This document shows positions 1 through 13,628 of a stretch of DNA of 64,000 nucleotides, in pieces. The stretch's first letter is position 1. Each line of letters begins with the position of its first letter. A program made the translations under genes and the position numbers. Under the pieces are notes generated by a model that searched no databases, was not told where the DNA came from, and was given only the letters and a program-made list of their open reading frames with translations. Origin of the DNA: Proteromonas lacertae (taxonomy: Eukaryota); assembly GCA_002245135.1 (NCBI GenBank), contig NGBS01000893.1, positions 62,001 through 126,000 of the forward strand. Direction: 5' to 3'.

Positions 1-76
1 CTAGTTAATAATAACATTCAATTTGACGTTACTAAAACATTAACAACAATAATTTTGTGTGTATACATTGAACCAT
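1..76 (-). CDS. Possible first exon and first intron of a gene running off the left edge
   Basis: ATG at 76 gives MVQCIHTKLLLLMF, followed by a 32-nt GT...TAG intron-like segment (32..1) ending at the window edge. Confidence 0.3.
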
Positions 77-340
77 AATATTATAAATTTTAGAACAATT
101 TAACACTATAAGAAAAAACTATTATTCCTAATTTATTTGTGCATTCCAACAGATACTTCTGGGATATGAATTAATTCATAATTCTGTCTAAATAAAAGTC
201 ATTACAAAAAAGTAATCCTTTCTTTTAATACTTCAATATACTTGAAATGTGATATTCTACAAAATAAAAGGAATTTTATCCTTAAAAGATCAAAATTTCA
301 CAAGAAAAAGACAAAAATTTAAAAAGTTTGGCTTGAAGAT

Positions 341-1664
341 ATGGTATAAACTTTTGTTATTTTCTCTAGGAATATGATGATTTTGACCCTGAAAAAAGGC
401 CTGGTGATGATTTAGATAGAGATGATACGAAGAGAATAAGAGGAGGTTTCTCAATAAAATTTTTAGTGTCAGATAACGAAGCAGGCAATATTATAGGAAG
501 AGGAGGTTCTAAATATCATTTTTTAAATTATTGATTCAATGTTCTTTAATATATTTAATGTTAAAGATTTTCAATCAAAAACAAACACATTTGTTCAAAT
601 ATCAACTAATAAAAACCATTTTCCAGGTACACATGACAGAATAGGAAGAATAGAAGGAGAATATGAAGATGTAAGAGATTGTTTGAGTATGATTTTTGAA
701 GCTATCAAAAAAGATACAAGAGGTCCACCGCAAATAATGGTATTAATAATACCAGAAGCAGCATGTGGTGTCATTCTAGGAAAGAAAGGTCAAAGAATTC
801 GAGATATAGTTTCAGATTCAGGTGCAAATATAAAAATCTTAACAGACGAAGCAATCCCTGGTTTACCCGAACGTAAATTATCAATACAAGGCAATTTAGT
901 GGAAAGAAACACAGCAGTAAAAATGATATTAGATTATATGTTAGAAAATCCAATCTATTATACATACGAAATTCAAGGTATAGAATATCCACCTGAACTT
1001 TACAATATACCACCAGTTGGTAGAAGAGATAGAAATAATAATAATAATAATAATAATAACTATGGCTATGATCGATATGAAGGTATGAATAATAATGGAT
1101 ATTATGATTCAAGATCACCACCACCACCTTTTGGATATGATCAATATTACAACAACAACAACAACAATAGAGGTCCACCACCACCACCACCACCTCCACC
1201 AATGGGTTATTATTCTAATCAATCGATGAATTCAACTCCTCCTCCACCACCACCTCCACTACCATTACAAATGCAACAACAACAACAACCAATTCAACAA
1301 CCTGGAATTCCTCCTGTTGTAGGAACGCCATTGACTTTGCCAAAGGAAGTAGCATTGATGTTGGATAGTAATATTACGAGTGATATTATTGATTATGTCA
1401 GAGTATATATGTGTATATAATTGAATAGAAATATAGTAATGCTGAACTCATATTTGATCCTAATGTAAATATGTCTATCCCTGATAAGTTAGTTACATTA
1501 AAAGGTAATACTTTGAGTGTAGATTTAGCATTTTCGATGTTATCCAGAAGATTAAAACCTAAACGTATATATTAGTATTTATCTATATATTAGCACAAGA
1601 ACCTAACCAGTATCCACAAGATATTCCTAGAAATACTTCTCCAATGAGGCAATATGTTAACTAA
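341..1664 (+). CDS. KH-domain RNA-binding protein (Nova/hnRNP K-like), 4 introns, Pro/Asn/Gln-rich linker
   Basis: Spliced model gives KH1 IKFLVSDNEAGNIIGRGGSNVKDFQ, KH2 LIIPEAACGVILGKKGQRIRDI and a degenerate third KH. Introns at 344-369, 513-558 (non-canonical) and two GT-AG introns after ~1403. Stop TAA at 1662-1664. Confidence 0.85.
513..558 (+). other. U12-type (minor) intron with AT-AA termini, 46 nt
   Basis: 5' ATATCATTT, branch-point-like TTCTTTAAT then 8 nt to terminal TAA. Removal restores the KH GXXG helix GRGGSNVKDFQ in frame. Confidence 0.75.
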
Positions 1665-1978
1665 CACATTTTTCGTAATTTCGTTTTTTAAAATAAGTCA
1701 ATTATTCAACAATCTTTTTTAAAAAACAATAATGAAAATCAGAACAACACAATTTATCTAAACAATAAATAATTCATATTATAAATAATCAAATTTATAT
1801 TCATTGTTGTTTCAAATGGGTTTGAAAATAAGAAAATATAGAAAATATAAGGTTTATTAGTGTTAAAATCAACAAAACAATTAAGCCTCGATTTGAAAGA
1901 TAACAGAACTTATTAAGTTATCAATTAGTCTCGGCTTTTATCAAGAGTGATAGATTTTTAAATTTTAATTTTTTGATA

Positions 1979-4262
1979 ATGGCTTCTCAGGTTTTGACAT
2001 ACGGTGAACCAATATTCTATTATCAAGCTATCTGTATTTTTTACCTATATTATACACTAGCCAAATCAATTGGTCTGCATAACACTAAATCTTGTGCTGG
2101 AGACTTCACACGTTTTATTGGTGGTGCAGAAATAGATACATTAGTGAATCTTGCAAAATTGGGTTACAAAACTAACTTTGTCAGTGTTATTCCTAATGGT
2201 ACTTTTATTTTATAATAACACATACTAGGTACTCTTGGTGATGCAATGATGGATTCACTCCAATCCTGTGAAGTTGGACTTGGTAATGTGAAAAGAGTTG
2301 AAGGAGCTGTAGGTGAAGGAACTATCTTAGAAGATGGTTCAGTCTGTTATCAAGTATATTTTTATTATTATCTATTTTTTTAGAGAGTAAATTCAGCCTT
2401 TGCAGCTCAAGATGAAGAAATCGACTGGGATCCATTATTAACTGATGATGTTTGGGTTCATTTGTATATTATTATTAATATATATATCCTATAGAACAAC
2501 TGAATGTTATATGTTAGGAGGACAAGCACAAACTAACTGGATGAATCTATTAACATTAGCAATTGCCAAAAAATTACCAATTAGTTTACATTTGACCTTC
2601 CCACCAGAAGATCCTGACCAATTAAAAGACTTCTGGAAAAAATTAGACATGTTGACTCATTACATTCAAATCCTCGTTTTAAACAAAGAATTAGTAATTC
2701 CTTTTGCTAAAATATTAAAAGTCAGTGTAGTAGATGAATTAGAACGAGAAGCACCACTACCAAAAGATCCAATATGGTATCAACAAGGAAATGCAATTAA
2801 TGATATCCTTCAAGGACCAATCATTGCTTATAACTTCCACAATTACATTGAATCACCTGATAAAGTGACAGAAACATTCAGTATGATCTGTCAAGGCGAG
2901 AAATCAGGTCAAAGTAGTCCAAGACCAGTATTCCATCAAACTATTGATACAAGAGGTGATACAACTGGATTTGTAAGTGGAATAATTGATTATATATTAC
3001 AAAATAAATTAAGCTTTACCCACAGTGATTTAGGCTATAAATTAACCTTGGATGATTTATATCCAATCTGTAGAAGAGGTGATATTATTAGCTCATTCTG
3101 TCACTTACATATTGGTCAACACTCTGCCTTTTTGAGAGATGATATTGAATATTTAGAAAGAACATTCAATGGTAAAGCTGTAGAGATTACAATTAAGAAT
3201 AATAAAATACAAACAATTGAAGAACAAAGAGCTGAAGATGAGAATGAAGTGAAATTAGAACAGATTAGAAGATTCATTTTACAAGCTCATATTAGTGCTC
3301 ATTTGAAGGTAGTAAATCGATCAATATTCTACGACAGACTACAGGAATTCAGAGATACCAATTTAAGAATGATTTCTATCAATATTGATACTGAAAACTT
3401 AGATGAAGTAATTGGTAAATGTAAAGAAATTGGAACTGACAAGATGGTAGTAGGTATTGCAGGAATATCCACAGAAGAAGAATTAAATAAAGCTTTAGAA
3501 TTAGAACCAAACTTCATCATTGCTTCTATTAAACCAACATTTAATTTCGTAGAAAAATGCCATGATCATCAATGTTTAGCTGTTATAAATGCAATGTCCC
3601 CACAAGAAATTATTTCATTATTACCATTAAAACCTGATTTCGTACAAGTATGTCCAGTATTAACTTATAATCCAGAGACATTCCAAATGATGAGAAATAC
3701 TGGAATGTGGGGTAAAATGAAGTTCTTTATAAGAGATGGACCAACTATTCAAAATACACCAGATTGGATGGATCATTTCATTGAAGTGGTTGTATTGAAT
3801 TATAACTTCATTGGTAAAGATTGTTACATTAATAAAGGTACTGAAGAATATGATAATGCTAAACAAGAATTCGCATTGAAAATAAGAGAACCAGCTCATA
3901 AATTATTGTATAATACATTAGGTAAAACTCAATTATCAACTGACATTCCAGTTACTATTCCACCAAGGACACAACATGTTCCAACACCAGTACCAGAGAA
4001 TATTGATAGATTTTTACCACAACAATTGCCAGAACATAAAATATTCAATATACCACCACCACCTGGTAGTAAAGATGAAGCTGAAGAAAAAGAAAAAGCT
4101 GCTAATGAAGCAACAAAGTATGGTTTATATCCACCTCCAGCTGCTGATGCTAATGGTAATATTCCACCACCACCAGTACTTGGCGATGCTCCACCTGCAG
4201 GATATACTGGAAATAGAAGAAGACAAGCTCCAGGAGGTAATTCTACTGTTCAACTTGGTTAA
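1979..4262 (+). CDS. PfkB-family KdgK-like kinase domain fused to KDPG/KHG aldolase (Eda)-like domain, Pro-rich tail; catalytic residues substituted
   Basis: VLTYGE...FIGGAEIDTLVNLAKLGYKTNFVSVIPNGTLGD matches the KdgK N-terminus. VVGIAGISTEEELNKALELEPNFII...AMSPQEI...FVQVCP matches Eda barrel spacing. Four short GT-AG introns at the 5' end. Confidence 0.7.
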
Positions 4263-4434
4263 TTTGGTATAATGAATTAAATAATAAAAATTTACATTAT
4301 TATATACTATAATTACTTTATGTTGCTTTTATATTATGATGAAATAATCAAATTCAAACACACATTTTTCAATAATTAGTATAATATATAGTGTTTTAGT
4401 TTTTTAGATAATAGAGTAAATATATTTAACATAT

Positions 4435-5356
4435 TTACTTGGTATATTTCTTAACTTCATACATTATTGTTGGAATTGAAATCATATCTTTAGCAAATGG
4501 ATTTCCTCTTGTGAAGATCTGTTTAATGATTTCTTGAAATCTTGAATAAATCATAATCAATTGTCCTAATACTTGTTTCACAATTTCACTAGATAGACCA
4601 CTATCTGGGAAATTATTCGAAATTTCACTACTAATTCCATCTAAGTTATCTTTCCAAGTTTTGCTGAAATCCAAAACAATATTCTTTATTTTCATCTGTA
4701 AATTAGATTGATCAGATTTGTCAACTTTATTATTATCATAATCTTTACAGAATGTAAGTAATTTATCGAAATATTCACTTAATTCAACATCCATAAATGA
4801 GTTTTTTTCACTATCTAATAAACCTTCATATTCATCACAATAATCTTTATAAACATCATTAAATTTGATATTTAATGCTTTTAAATTACTCAATATATCA
4901 TTATAGTTATTAATTAAGAAAATAGACTTGTTTTGTCTACTTGGAAATTCTTTACTTACTTTACTTAAAAAGTTCTTTACTTCTTTTGTCATTCGATTTA
5001 TTAATGGATTAATTATTCTATCATTTGTATCATTACTGAAATGAGGTTTTAATATTAATATTGAACTAAATAATGTAACGAATCTTTTTATTACATAATG
5101 TTGTAACGGATCTATTTTTTCAACTGTTTTGTAAGTATTCATACTATCAATATTTTGATCAATAACCATATTGAAACGATTCCATAATGTACGATTTAAA
5201 GAAGTGAAATAATTGGATAATATGGTGTTTAGATTATCTTTGGATATTTTTTCTTCAAATTTTGATACAACTATTATTGATAATAAAATACCTAGAATAT
5301 CATAACTTTGAGTTACATAATTATCAATATTCTCCAATAACTATATAAATATATAT

Positions 5357-5393
<37 letters not shown>

Positions 5394-6954
5394 AATCTTT
5401 GTGTTTTGTCAAATATAGTTTGAAACAAATCAGTTGTATTTGTATTAAAATAATCATTAATAAAACAATATTCAGTTACACTATTATCTATCAAGTGTTT
5501 ATGAACAGTTCGTATTATTTCTACTAATGTCAATGATGTATTTTCAGCTTCTAAAACGTGTAATAAGACTGGTGGTTCATCATAATTATCAATAATATTG
5601 ATTCTATCTCCAACATCGAATAAAGTTGGTTCTTTACCAATTTTGGTTTTACTGTTCTTCAAGGCATTTTCATCAATCTATAAAATAATATATAAATTAT
5701 ATATATATATATATATATACACTTAATAAGTCAAACTTGTTTGCTATATCATCTTTATATTTTAACAAACCATTTAAATAACTCTTAAATATTTTGTTAT
5801 ACATCTTTCCAATGATTTGACTGTATTGATTTAATATTTCATTATAAGTCTCCATTGAATTATCTTTTAAGAACTCTAAGATATATTTATTACTAATTAA
5901 CTTCTGCTGAATCATCTCACTATTTGTTTCACCATCTTTCATATCATGAAATTCACTTAACAAGAAGTTTTTACTCTTTATAATTGAACAATTAATCAAC
6001 TTTTGAAGTTCAGGTTTTAAGTCTTTGGCAGTTTGAGTTTCACATGGAATTATATCATTTAATTCTTTATCTTCTTTTATTTCATTTATATACTTCCAAC
6101 GATCGTTTAACATCTCCAAATATTCACCATAATTATCACTTACATCATCATTTGTTAGATTCAAAACCAATTCATCAGTCAAAGCAGTTTTATTTAAAAA
6201 TAATCGAATATCATCTTCTACTTCTTTACGATTCTTTAATTTTACATTCATATCATAACTATTGTTTTGTAATACTTTGATTTCTTTTGAAATACCTTGA
6301 AGATTATTCTGGAATATTCCTAGAATGCTTTGCATCTTTTCTAAAATTGAATCACATTTGTTTATATTCTCATTTAAACTTGCAAAATTATTAACTTCGT
6401 TTAAATAATCATTTACTGCTTCTTCACATACACTGTCTAGGTCTTTATTTAAACTATCACTGTATTCTTGAAGATTTACTTCTTTATATAATGCTTCTTG
6501 AACTATCTCTTCTTGTTGAAATCGCTCTAAATCATGCTCTAAATGTTCGAAATCGATTGTGTCTAATTCATTTCCACTATATTCTAACCCATCTAAACCA
6601 AGATCAAAACTTGAATCGCTGAATAAACGAGGAAACTTTTCGATTTCTACTTTTTCAGCTTCATTACTTTTATTTTCACCATTTACATTATCATCATCTG
6701 TTTTTGACTTATCACCGTCCTCTTTTGAACATCTTTCTTTTCTTTTACTTCAAGCTTTTCACCAACACCTTTTTCTACATTTTCGAATGGATTTAGATTT
6801 TCTACTCCTTCCTCTTCTTCATCAACTAGTCATTATAAAAAGTTACTTAAATACTATCATCAAATGGATTATTTCCATCGTCATCATCATCAAATGGATT
6901 ATTGCTTTCATCCATATCATCATCATCTTTATCAAATGGATTGTAAGATGACAT
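4435..6954 (-). CDS. VPS52: Vps52/Sac2 (GARP complex subunit) with N-terminal NPF repeats; one apparent 1-nt deletion near 6725
   Basis: ORF pieces MQSILGIFQNNLQGISKEIKVLQ...VKLKNRK, SYDILGILL, LWNRF, HYVIKRF, IFLINNY and IMYEVKKY are typical of Vps52. Joined by GT-AG introns. Four NPF motifs at the N-terminus. Confidence 0.9.
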
Positions 6955-7676
6955 TAATCAAATTTAATAAAAAAGAATCTAAAAAATGATCCGTTTCATA
7001 AAAATTCAATCGAAAATAATGAATGAGATGGTTAGTTATATAAGCATTAAATGAGATAAGCATCAAGTAGTCAATGTGAAAATATGATTTATGAAGTGCA
7101 TATCGATAAATGTTTTAACAATCAATAAAAAAAGTCATACAACAGTTAAGCAATGAAATATCTTTCTTATAACAATACAATGATTATACAATATTTAAAT
7201 ATTGTTTTCATAATTCTTTCATTTGTTCTTCTGAAATTCCATCAAATGTATGTATTCTAATTAAAAAATAATCTTGACTCACAAATATATAATTATTTCA
7301 TCATTTAAATTCATTTAATGAAGAAATAAATGATAAAAAAAAGATGCTTTGGAGTTACGTGGTATAAAACAAATATATTATAAGTCTAGAACAATAACTG
7401 CAATTATATATATAATTACCATCAATCAAGAGTAAATAACTAAATCACTCTCAATTCAATTTTTTACATTAACTTTATTATAATATGAAAATATATAATC
7501 ACTTAAATCAAGCTCATATTTTAAAAGATCTTTTTTCATTCTACATCACTATAAAAACGATATTGAAATTAAATTACATAAAACATTGGTTATTCGTGCA
7601 TATGTTTTTTTATCTATATCTTACTTATTAGTGGAGATAGAGTATTTATTATTATTGATTCTTATTAACTAGATAA

Positions 7677-10600
7677 ATGTATGGGTTGTACAACTTTTTG
7701 TTTAGAGGAAGTAGTAGTAATCACCTTGATTTAGCTATTAGGGAAGGTGTAAATAGACACATAAAAAATGAAGTAACAAAAGATGAATTATTAGAAGATG
7801 ATAGAAAAAAACAGCAAAAAAAAACAAAAAAACAGAAAATCAGAAGAAGATAACAATTTCATTAGAATTTTCAGCAACTTAAAGGCTGTAAAATATGCAA
7901 AACTTGATAAAGATGGTAATGTTATTGATGGTGAAAAAAAGATGTATTTAGAATATAAAGATCAAGATGTTAATATATTTCAATTCCCAAAGAAGATAAT
8001 ATACATCAAAGATTGTTATTCTTATATGTTTCAGAAAATTTGTAAGATTATGTCATCCAGACCAGATATATACAATATAATAGTAACAGGTCAGCCAGGT
8101 ATAGGTAAAACATCATTTATTTATGTTTTACTGTACTTTTTAAAGATATATTTATCTCACAATTTCGGTAGAAATTATGAAGAATTGCTAAAGAAAAAAG
8201 AGTTAATTATAGAACAAAAAAATAATGAAAGAGTGAAGAGTGAATTAATTGATGAAGAGAAAAAGAAAAAAATACTACTAAATCAGGAAATATATTATAT
8301 TGAAAAAGATATTAAAGAATATTATAATCAGCTAAGATATATTATTGGTGAAGAAGATATTGACATAACTCCTGAGGTAATCTGTGAAAAAGATGGAGAT
8401 ATTTATACATTCAAACTATTAAATGAAAAAATAAAAATGGATGTTTCAAATGAAATTAATATAAAAAATATTAAAGAACGTTGTCTTGATAATATTAAGA
8501 AGATAAAAGAATGAATAGTGAAAAGTTGTCAATGTAGATAATGAAAATAATAGGCAGTATGAAAGATATATAAATGCATATGTAGTATCATCAATTATAA
8601 GGAAAAGAATTGATGAGATTGTTAATCTAAAACATTCAATGAAATCAGAAGAACGCAGAAAGAAGAATTGTAGAAATGATATAAAAAGAATAAAAGAATT
8701 ACTAAAATTAAATTCTGATAAAAGTAGTTTAAAAACAAATAATTCAACAGATAAAGTAAAAGAAATTGATATATTATCACCACCAGATTATGATGAAATG
8801 AGAAAGTTGGGATTCAATTACTATATCTTAGATGATGAGGTGTGGAAAAGAAAAATATATATAGTTAAAGGAAAGAGATATGAAAATCTTAATGAAAGGA
8901 AAATATTTGAATTTAAAAACAATTGTCTAAGTGTAAGTCATATAAGAGAAAATGATATGAAGGATTCGATAATAATAGTTGACACTTTCAATGGTGAATT
9001 TGGTGATAATAACATAATAATTTCAATAAGTTCCCCTGATATTCATAATAATGATAAGTATAGAGATTCTAGTAATTATATAGAATTATATTTTGATTCT
9101 TTAAATGACATAGAAATATTAGAATGGTTTAAATACTGTATTGATCGTGATGATGTTGCTGATGGTAGTAATACTGCTGATGATATTTATATTGATGTTA
9201 AAAGTAATGATTTTAAAAATGTATGCAAAAAATATGGTAATATACCTCGACATATTTATTACCATTATTTATATAATAAAAACTATAAACATAGAGATTA
9301 TTGGGAATATTATAAGCAGTTGATAAACAGTGTAGTAGGAAGAATTGGTTATAGTAAATTTGTAGATAAATATATTAAGAAAGATAATTTGGCAGATAAT
9401 GATTTATCCAATATTATATTGAAATATGATTTAAAATTAGAATGGGATGATGAATTAAATGATTATTTATTAAAACCAAAAGACCATTTAAAGTTCATTT
9501 CTGATGATGTTGAAAATTTCATTGTTTTTAAATTCTATCCACCTAAAGATGAGACAGAGTATGAGGATGTAAAAGATAAGTATATATCAATTGGCGATGA
9601 TAAAAATATTAGAAAAATGGCATTAAAACAAATAATAGCATATGAATTAAGTACTGAAATTATGAAGTTGAAATATACAGATTCTGATGGTAAAGAAACA
9701 GTGATTGAAACTAATCCAAATTTCAAATTAAACAATGAAAAACAATTCTATCTTCATTATCCTCCAAATGCATTTCATTTTGTTTATTATATATTGGACG
9801 AAAATAATTTCTTTGATTTGATAATGAATGGAATATTTATAAAAATCTTATTAGATGATGAAGTGTTTGATAAGTAAGAAAGATAGAGAAAAAATGGAAG
9901 ATTGTATAAAGGTATGAATATGTAATATATTTATAATAAAATAGGAATACAGTGAGATAAAAAGTGGTGAATTTACATATTGCATAATAAGAGATAAGAG
10001 AGTGTATGATTCTGATGAAATATTTCATATCTCAACTCCGATAAATCATCAACTTGCACTAGAAGAAGAAGAAGATAGTGAAGATGAAGATAGTGAAGAA
10101 GAAGACGATGATGATGATGAAGATGATGATGACGATGATGAATTACTTCAACAACCTGAACAACAACTGCTACCTCAACAGTTAGTAGAGCAACCGCCAT
10201 TAACAACAGAAGAAGATTTTGATGTATAATACAATGGTAAAGAATTGATGTTAATGAGAAAATGTTTCGATGATATGTTGAATTTAATTTATCCTGAAGA
10301 TTTAGATATGAATTATATACATCAAAGAAATTACTTGGTATTTGGTCAACAACAAATTGGTAAATCTGAATTAGCATAAATTATTATAAACAAAATTCAT
10401 AAAAAGAATAACAATATTCGAATAGAATTTAGATATATATCTGGACAATCTGATAATGGTGAGTATAATTATTTTAAGGATGAAAAAGATTATCCATATT
10501 ATCCATATATAGTTGTTATTGATGGAGTTGTTATTAGATAAGATGATTATTCTGATGCAAAAATGATAATAGTATTAGCTAATCCATGTGATAAAAAGTG

Positions 10601-11693
10601 TAAAACATTTCAAAACAAAAGATGTCCTTTGGTGATGTATATACCTCCATTTACAATAGAGAAAGTGAAAAAAGTAATGAAATTGAAAGATCCAGCATTA
10701 ATCAAACCTGACAAAAAAGGATTTATTAAATATACATTAATAGAAAAGAAATCAAATGTTTTTGTGTGTGATAATTTAAAAAGAAGAGTAAGTTTATATC
10801 TCAAGAACTATGAATATTACAGAGGGATTATTGGAAAATATAATTATGATATGAAGAAGTGTGACAGAGAAATAAATGATATGGACAAAGAAGTGATTGA
10901 CGATATGATCCAAGGTATAAATATATCACCATTATCAAAAGCAAAATATCAAAATATACTTACATATGAGACAGATAAAAATGATGTTACTAAATCTAAT
11001 AATCTTCGATTTATTCTGACACAGTAAGAAGTATTGTATGTAATAAACTATTAACAATTAATTCATTTGATAAATGTCATGAAATGATAGATTTATTGTT
11101 TGAAAATCAAGATGAAAATTTTGCTGGAAATTTATATGAAAGAATAATAATATTTTTGATGAAAAATTCTGATGATTTTAGATAAGACAGTTGTTACAAA
11201 GCATGTAATTAGTGAGAAAAAATTGGGTAATGAAATTGATTCATTTAAAGAGAGTCATGATAATTGTGAAATCCCATTTATTGACTTCAGTTATGATATT
11301 ACTTTTCCAGATATTGATGCATTACTTGGACCTTTTGGTGTTCAAATTACAGTTGGTAAAGAACATAAATATGCACCTGAAATGACAATGATTCTACAAA
11401 ATTTGTATAGGATTTATAAAAATGGATATAACTATACAGAAAATTATTATAAGAAAACCAATTTAAAATTGAAATTTGGTTTTATTTTGATAAGTCCAAG
11501 AAAAAATGTTGAATTAATAAAAGTATCTAGAAATACAGAAGCATATCCAGATATTTTTCAGAAACTAACAAATGACAATTTAAGTGAAGATGAAAGAGAT
11601 AAATTAATGAAAAAAGCTCGTCATAAAAAACAAATAATAAAGATTGAATATGGAGAATTAAGAAAATATGCTAAATACAATACCCTTTTATAA
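7677..11693 (+). pseudogene. Disrupted Crinkler/RHS-type P-loop NTPase plus restriction-endonuclease-fold gene with two tandem NTPase modules
   Basis: Walker A IIVTGQPGIGKTS and a second YLVFGQQQIGKSE; hhhhD Walker B (IIIVD, IVVID); GNIPRH; GNLYE; REase-like TFPDIDA...VQITVGKEH. Three in-frame TAA between 10227 and ~10541, several frameshifts and one GT-AG intron near 9912-9944. Confidence 0.65.
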
Positions 11694-11794
11694 CGAGCTT
11701 TACTATTTGTTGTTGGAGTTATGTATGAAATAGTATTACGTTTTTGGTGATTTATAAACATAACAAATAACAATAACTAAAAAATAAACAATTC

Positions 11795-12731
11795 TTATTC
11801 ATAACACACAATATTATTATCTTCATTTTCATTTTCATCTCCTTCAAATTCATCTTCTCGAATAATCGGTTCTTGATCTTCTTCAAATTGAGTGCACAAG
11901 TCACATTGCAATAATATATTACCTACACTATCTTCATCATTTATATTCAATGGTAAAAATGATACTAAATCATAACTATCCAACTATTATCAATTATATA
12001 ATACATATATATATATATATACTAAATCACATAATTGAACATTTAAATTATGATATCTTTCATCCATTTTTTTATTTAACTTATCACACAAAGACAAACC
12101 ATCAGGAGTTAAAAACTCTTCATATTCTTCTTTCTTCAATAAATCACACTTTGACAGTACATTTAAATGAGGCAATTCTAATTGAATCATTGATGACATT
12201 CCCATTAATGCACCTGATATGTATTTGGTTGGATCTGTTACAAATAAACAATCCATTAAATAAACGCAACACATTCGAATATTCCAATCTTCCATATGTT
12301 TTACTATTACTTTTAACATTGGGAAATGAGTGAAAAATTCAACTTGACCTGGACAATCAATTAAGAAATACTCATCTTCACCAAATTCACTAAAACTATC
12401 ATGAAGCCAATCGATATTTTCTACTAAATATCTATTTTTGTTTAGTAATAACAATGTTATACTCCATGCAATAAACAAGTCCTCCATTAGGTCCATAATT
12501 CAGTTCATCTACTACATCATCAAGCGTGATTAAGTCTCTTATATCTAAATCACATTTATATGGTAAATTGTCCGCTGCAGGATCCAAATTAATAATCCTC
12601 ACACTTCTCTTTTGAGATACACAATACTCGTATATTGTATTACAATAAGTTGACTAATAGGATTTTAAAATGAAATAAAATACTTTACCAGTTCCGGCTG
12701 GACCTATAATTATCTGTGCTCTTTGAACCAT
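11795..12731 (-). CDS. GPN3: GPN-loop GTPase 3
   Basis: MVQRAQIIIGPAGTGK|STYC, INLDPAA, YGPNGGLVYCME|YL, DCPGQVEFFTH, LELPHLNVLSKCDL. Three GT-AG introns. Confidence 0.92.
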
Positions 12732-12798
12732 GAAAAAACAAATTACTGGCTTGACTGAAGTTTGACCATTGTAATTTGTTTATCTAAATTAGAAGTGA

Positions 12799-13443
12799 AT
12801 GGGAGATGATATTGAGTATTGTCCACCAAGTAATTTTGCACAAGTGGAAATAGGGTTGTACCGAAGTATGAATTAAATAGTTATTTTATCGTGTAGGTAG
12901 TTTTCCACAAAAGAAGAATCTACCATTCTTAAAAAAATTAGGAATAAAAACAATATTGTATTTTGATATTGTTTTTATGAAATAGGACATTAATTATGGA
13001 AGATTACCCAGAATTAAACTTGGAGTTTATGAAAGAGAATGGAATTCAATTGATTCAATGTGGTGTAACAGGAAATAATGTATGCTATATTCATTTAAGG
13101 ATAATAATAGGAACCTTTTGTTTTAATCCCTGAAGATAAAATAGTTGAAGCTTTACAGCATGTATTAAACACTGAAAATCATCCAATGTTAATTCATTGT
13201 AATAAAGGCAAACATAGGACTGGATTACTGGTTGGTTGTTTGAGAAAAGTTCAACAATGGAGTATAGTTGCAATTCAAACAGAATATCGTTTACATTCAT
13301 TTCCAAAACATCGTTTTATGGATGAACAAGTATATTATTTTTGAAATGTGTATTATATTATGTAGTTTATTGAATTATTTAACACATCTTTAGTAAAAGT
13401 AGTTAAAAATAAACCTAGTTGGCCTGGTTTAGAATATTTATAA
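12799..13443 (+). CDS. SIW14: Atypical dual-specificity / inositol pyrophosphate phosphatase (SIW14/PFA-DSP family), 4 introns; absent from ORF track
   Basis: Spliced translation CPPSNFAQVEIGLYRSSFP...NHPMLIHCNKGKHRTGLLVGCLRKVQQWS...RFMDEQFIELF with an intact HCxxGxxR loop. Confidence 0.9.
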
Positions 13444-13556
13444 CTCTAGTAAATTAAACACTATTCTTTAAGCAGTAATTTATATAACTGATGTTTTTAT
13501 GATGGAAAAGAAAAACAGAATTGTTTATATGCAAGAGATTAGTGGAGAATATCAGT

Positions 13557-13628
13557 GCGGGGATAACTCAGTGGTAGAGTGTTCGATTGCAGATCGAGAT
13601 GTCCCCGGTTCAATCCCGGGTCTTCGCT
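13557..13628 (+). tRNA. trnC-GCA: tRNA-Cys (GCA)
   Basis: Cloverleaf: acceptor GCGGGGA/TCTTCGC, D arm ACTC-AGTGGTA-GAGT, anticodon arm TTCGA-TTGCAGA-TCGAG, T arm CCCGG-TTCAATC-CCGGG. U73 discriminator and a downstream poly-T Pol III terminator. Confidence 0.97.

Noticed and set aside
5341..5392. (TA)n and (TAT)n tracts, also near 5700, 12010, 35320 and 42400
   Set aside because: They are ordinary microsatellite expansions inside GT-AG introns.
10227..10545. Three frame-preserving TAA codons suggesting stop-codon reassignment
   Set aside because: TAA, TAG and TGA all terminate conserved genes here, long ORFs lack internal stops, and the same locus has frameshifts. Pseudogenisation fits better.
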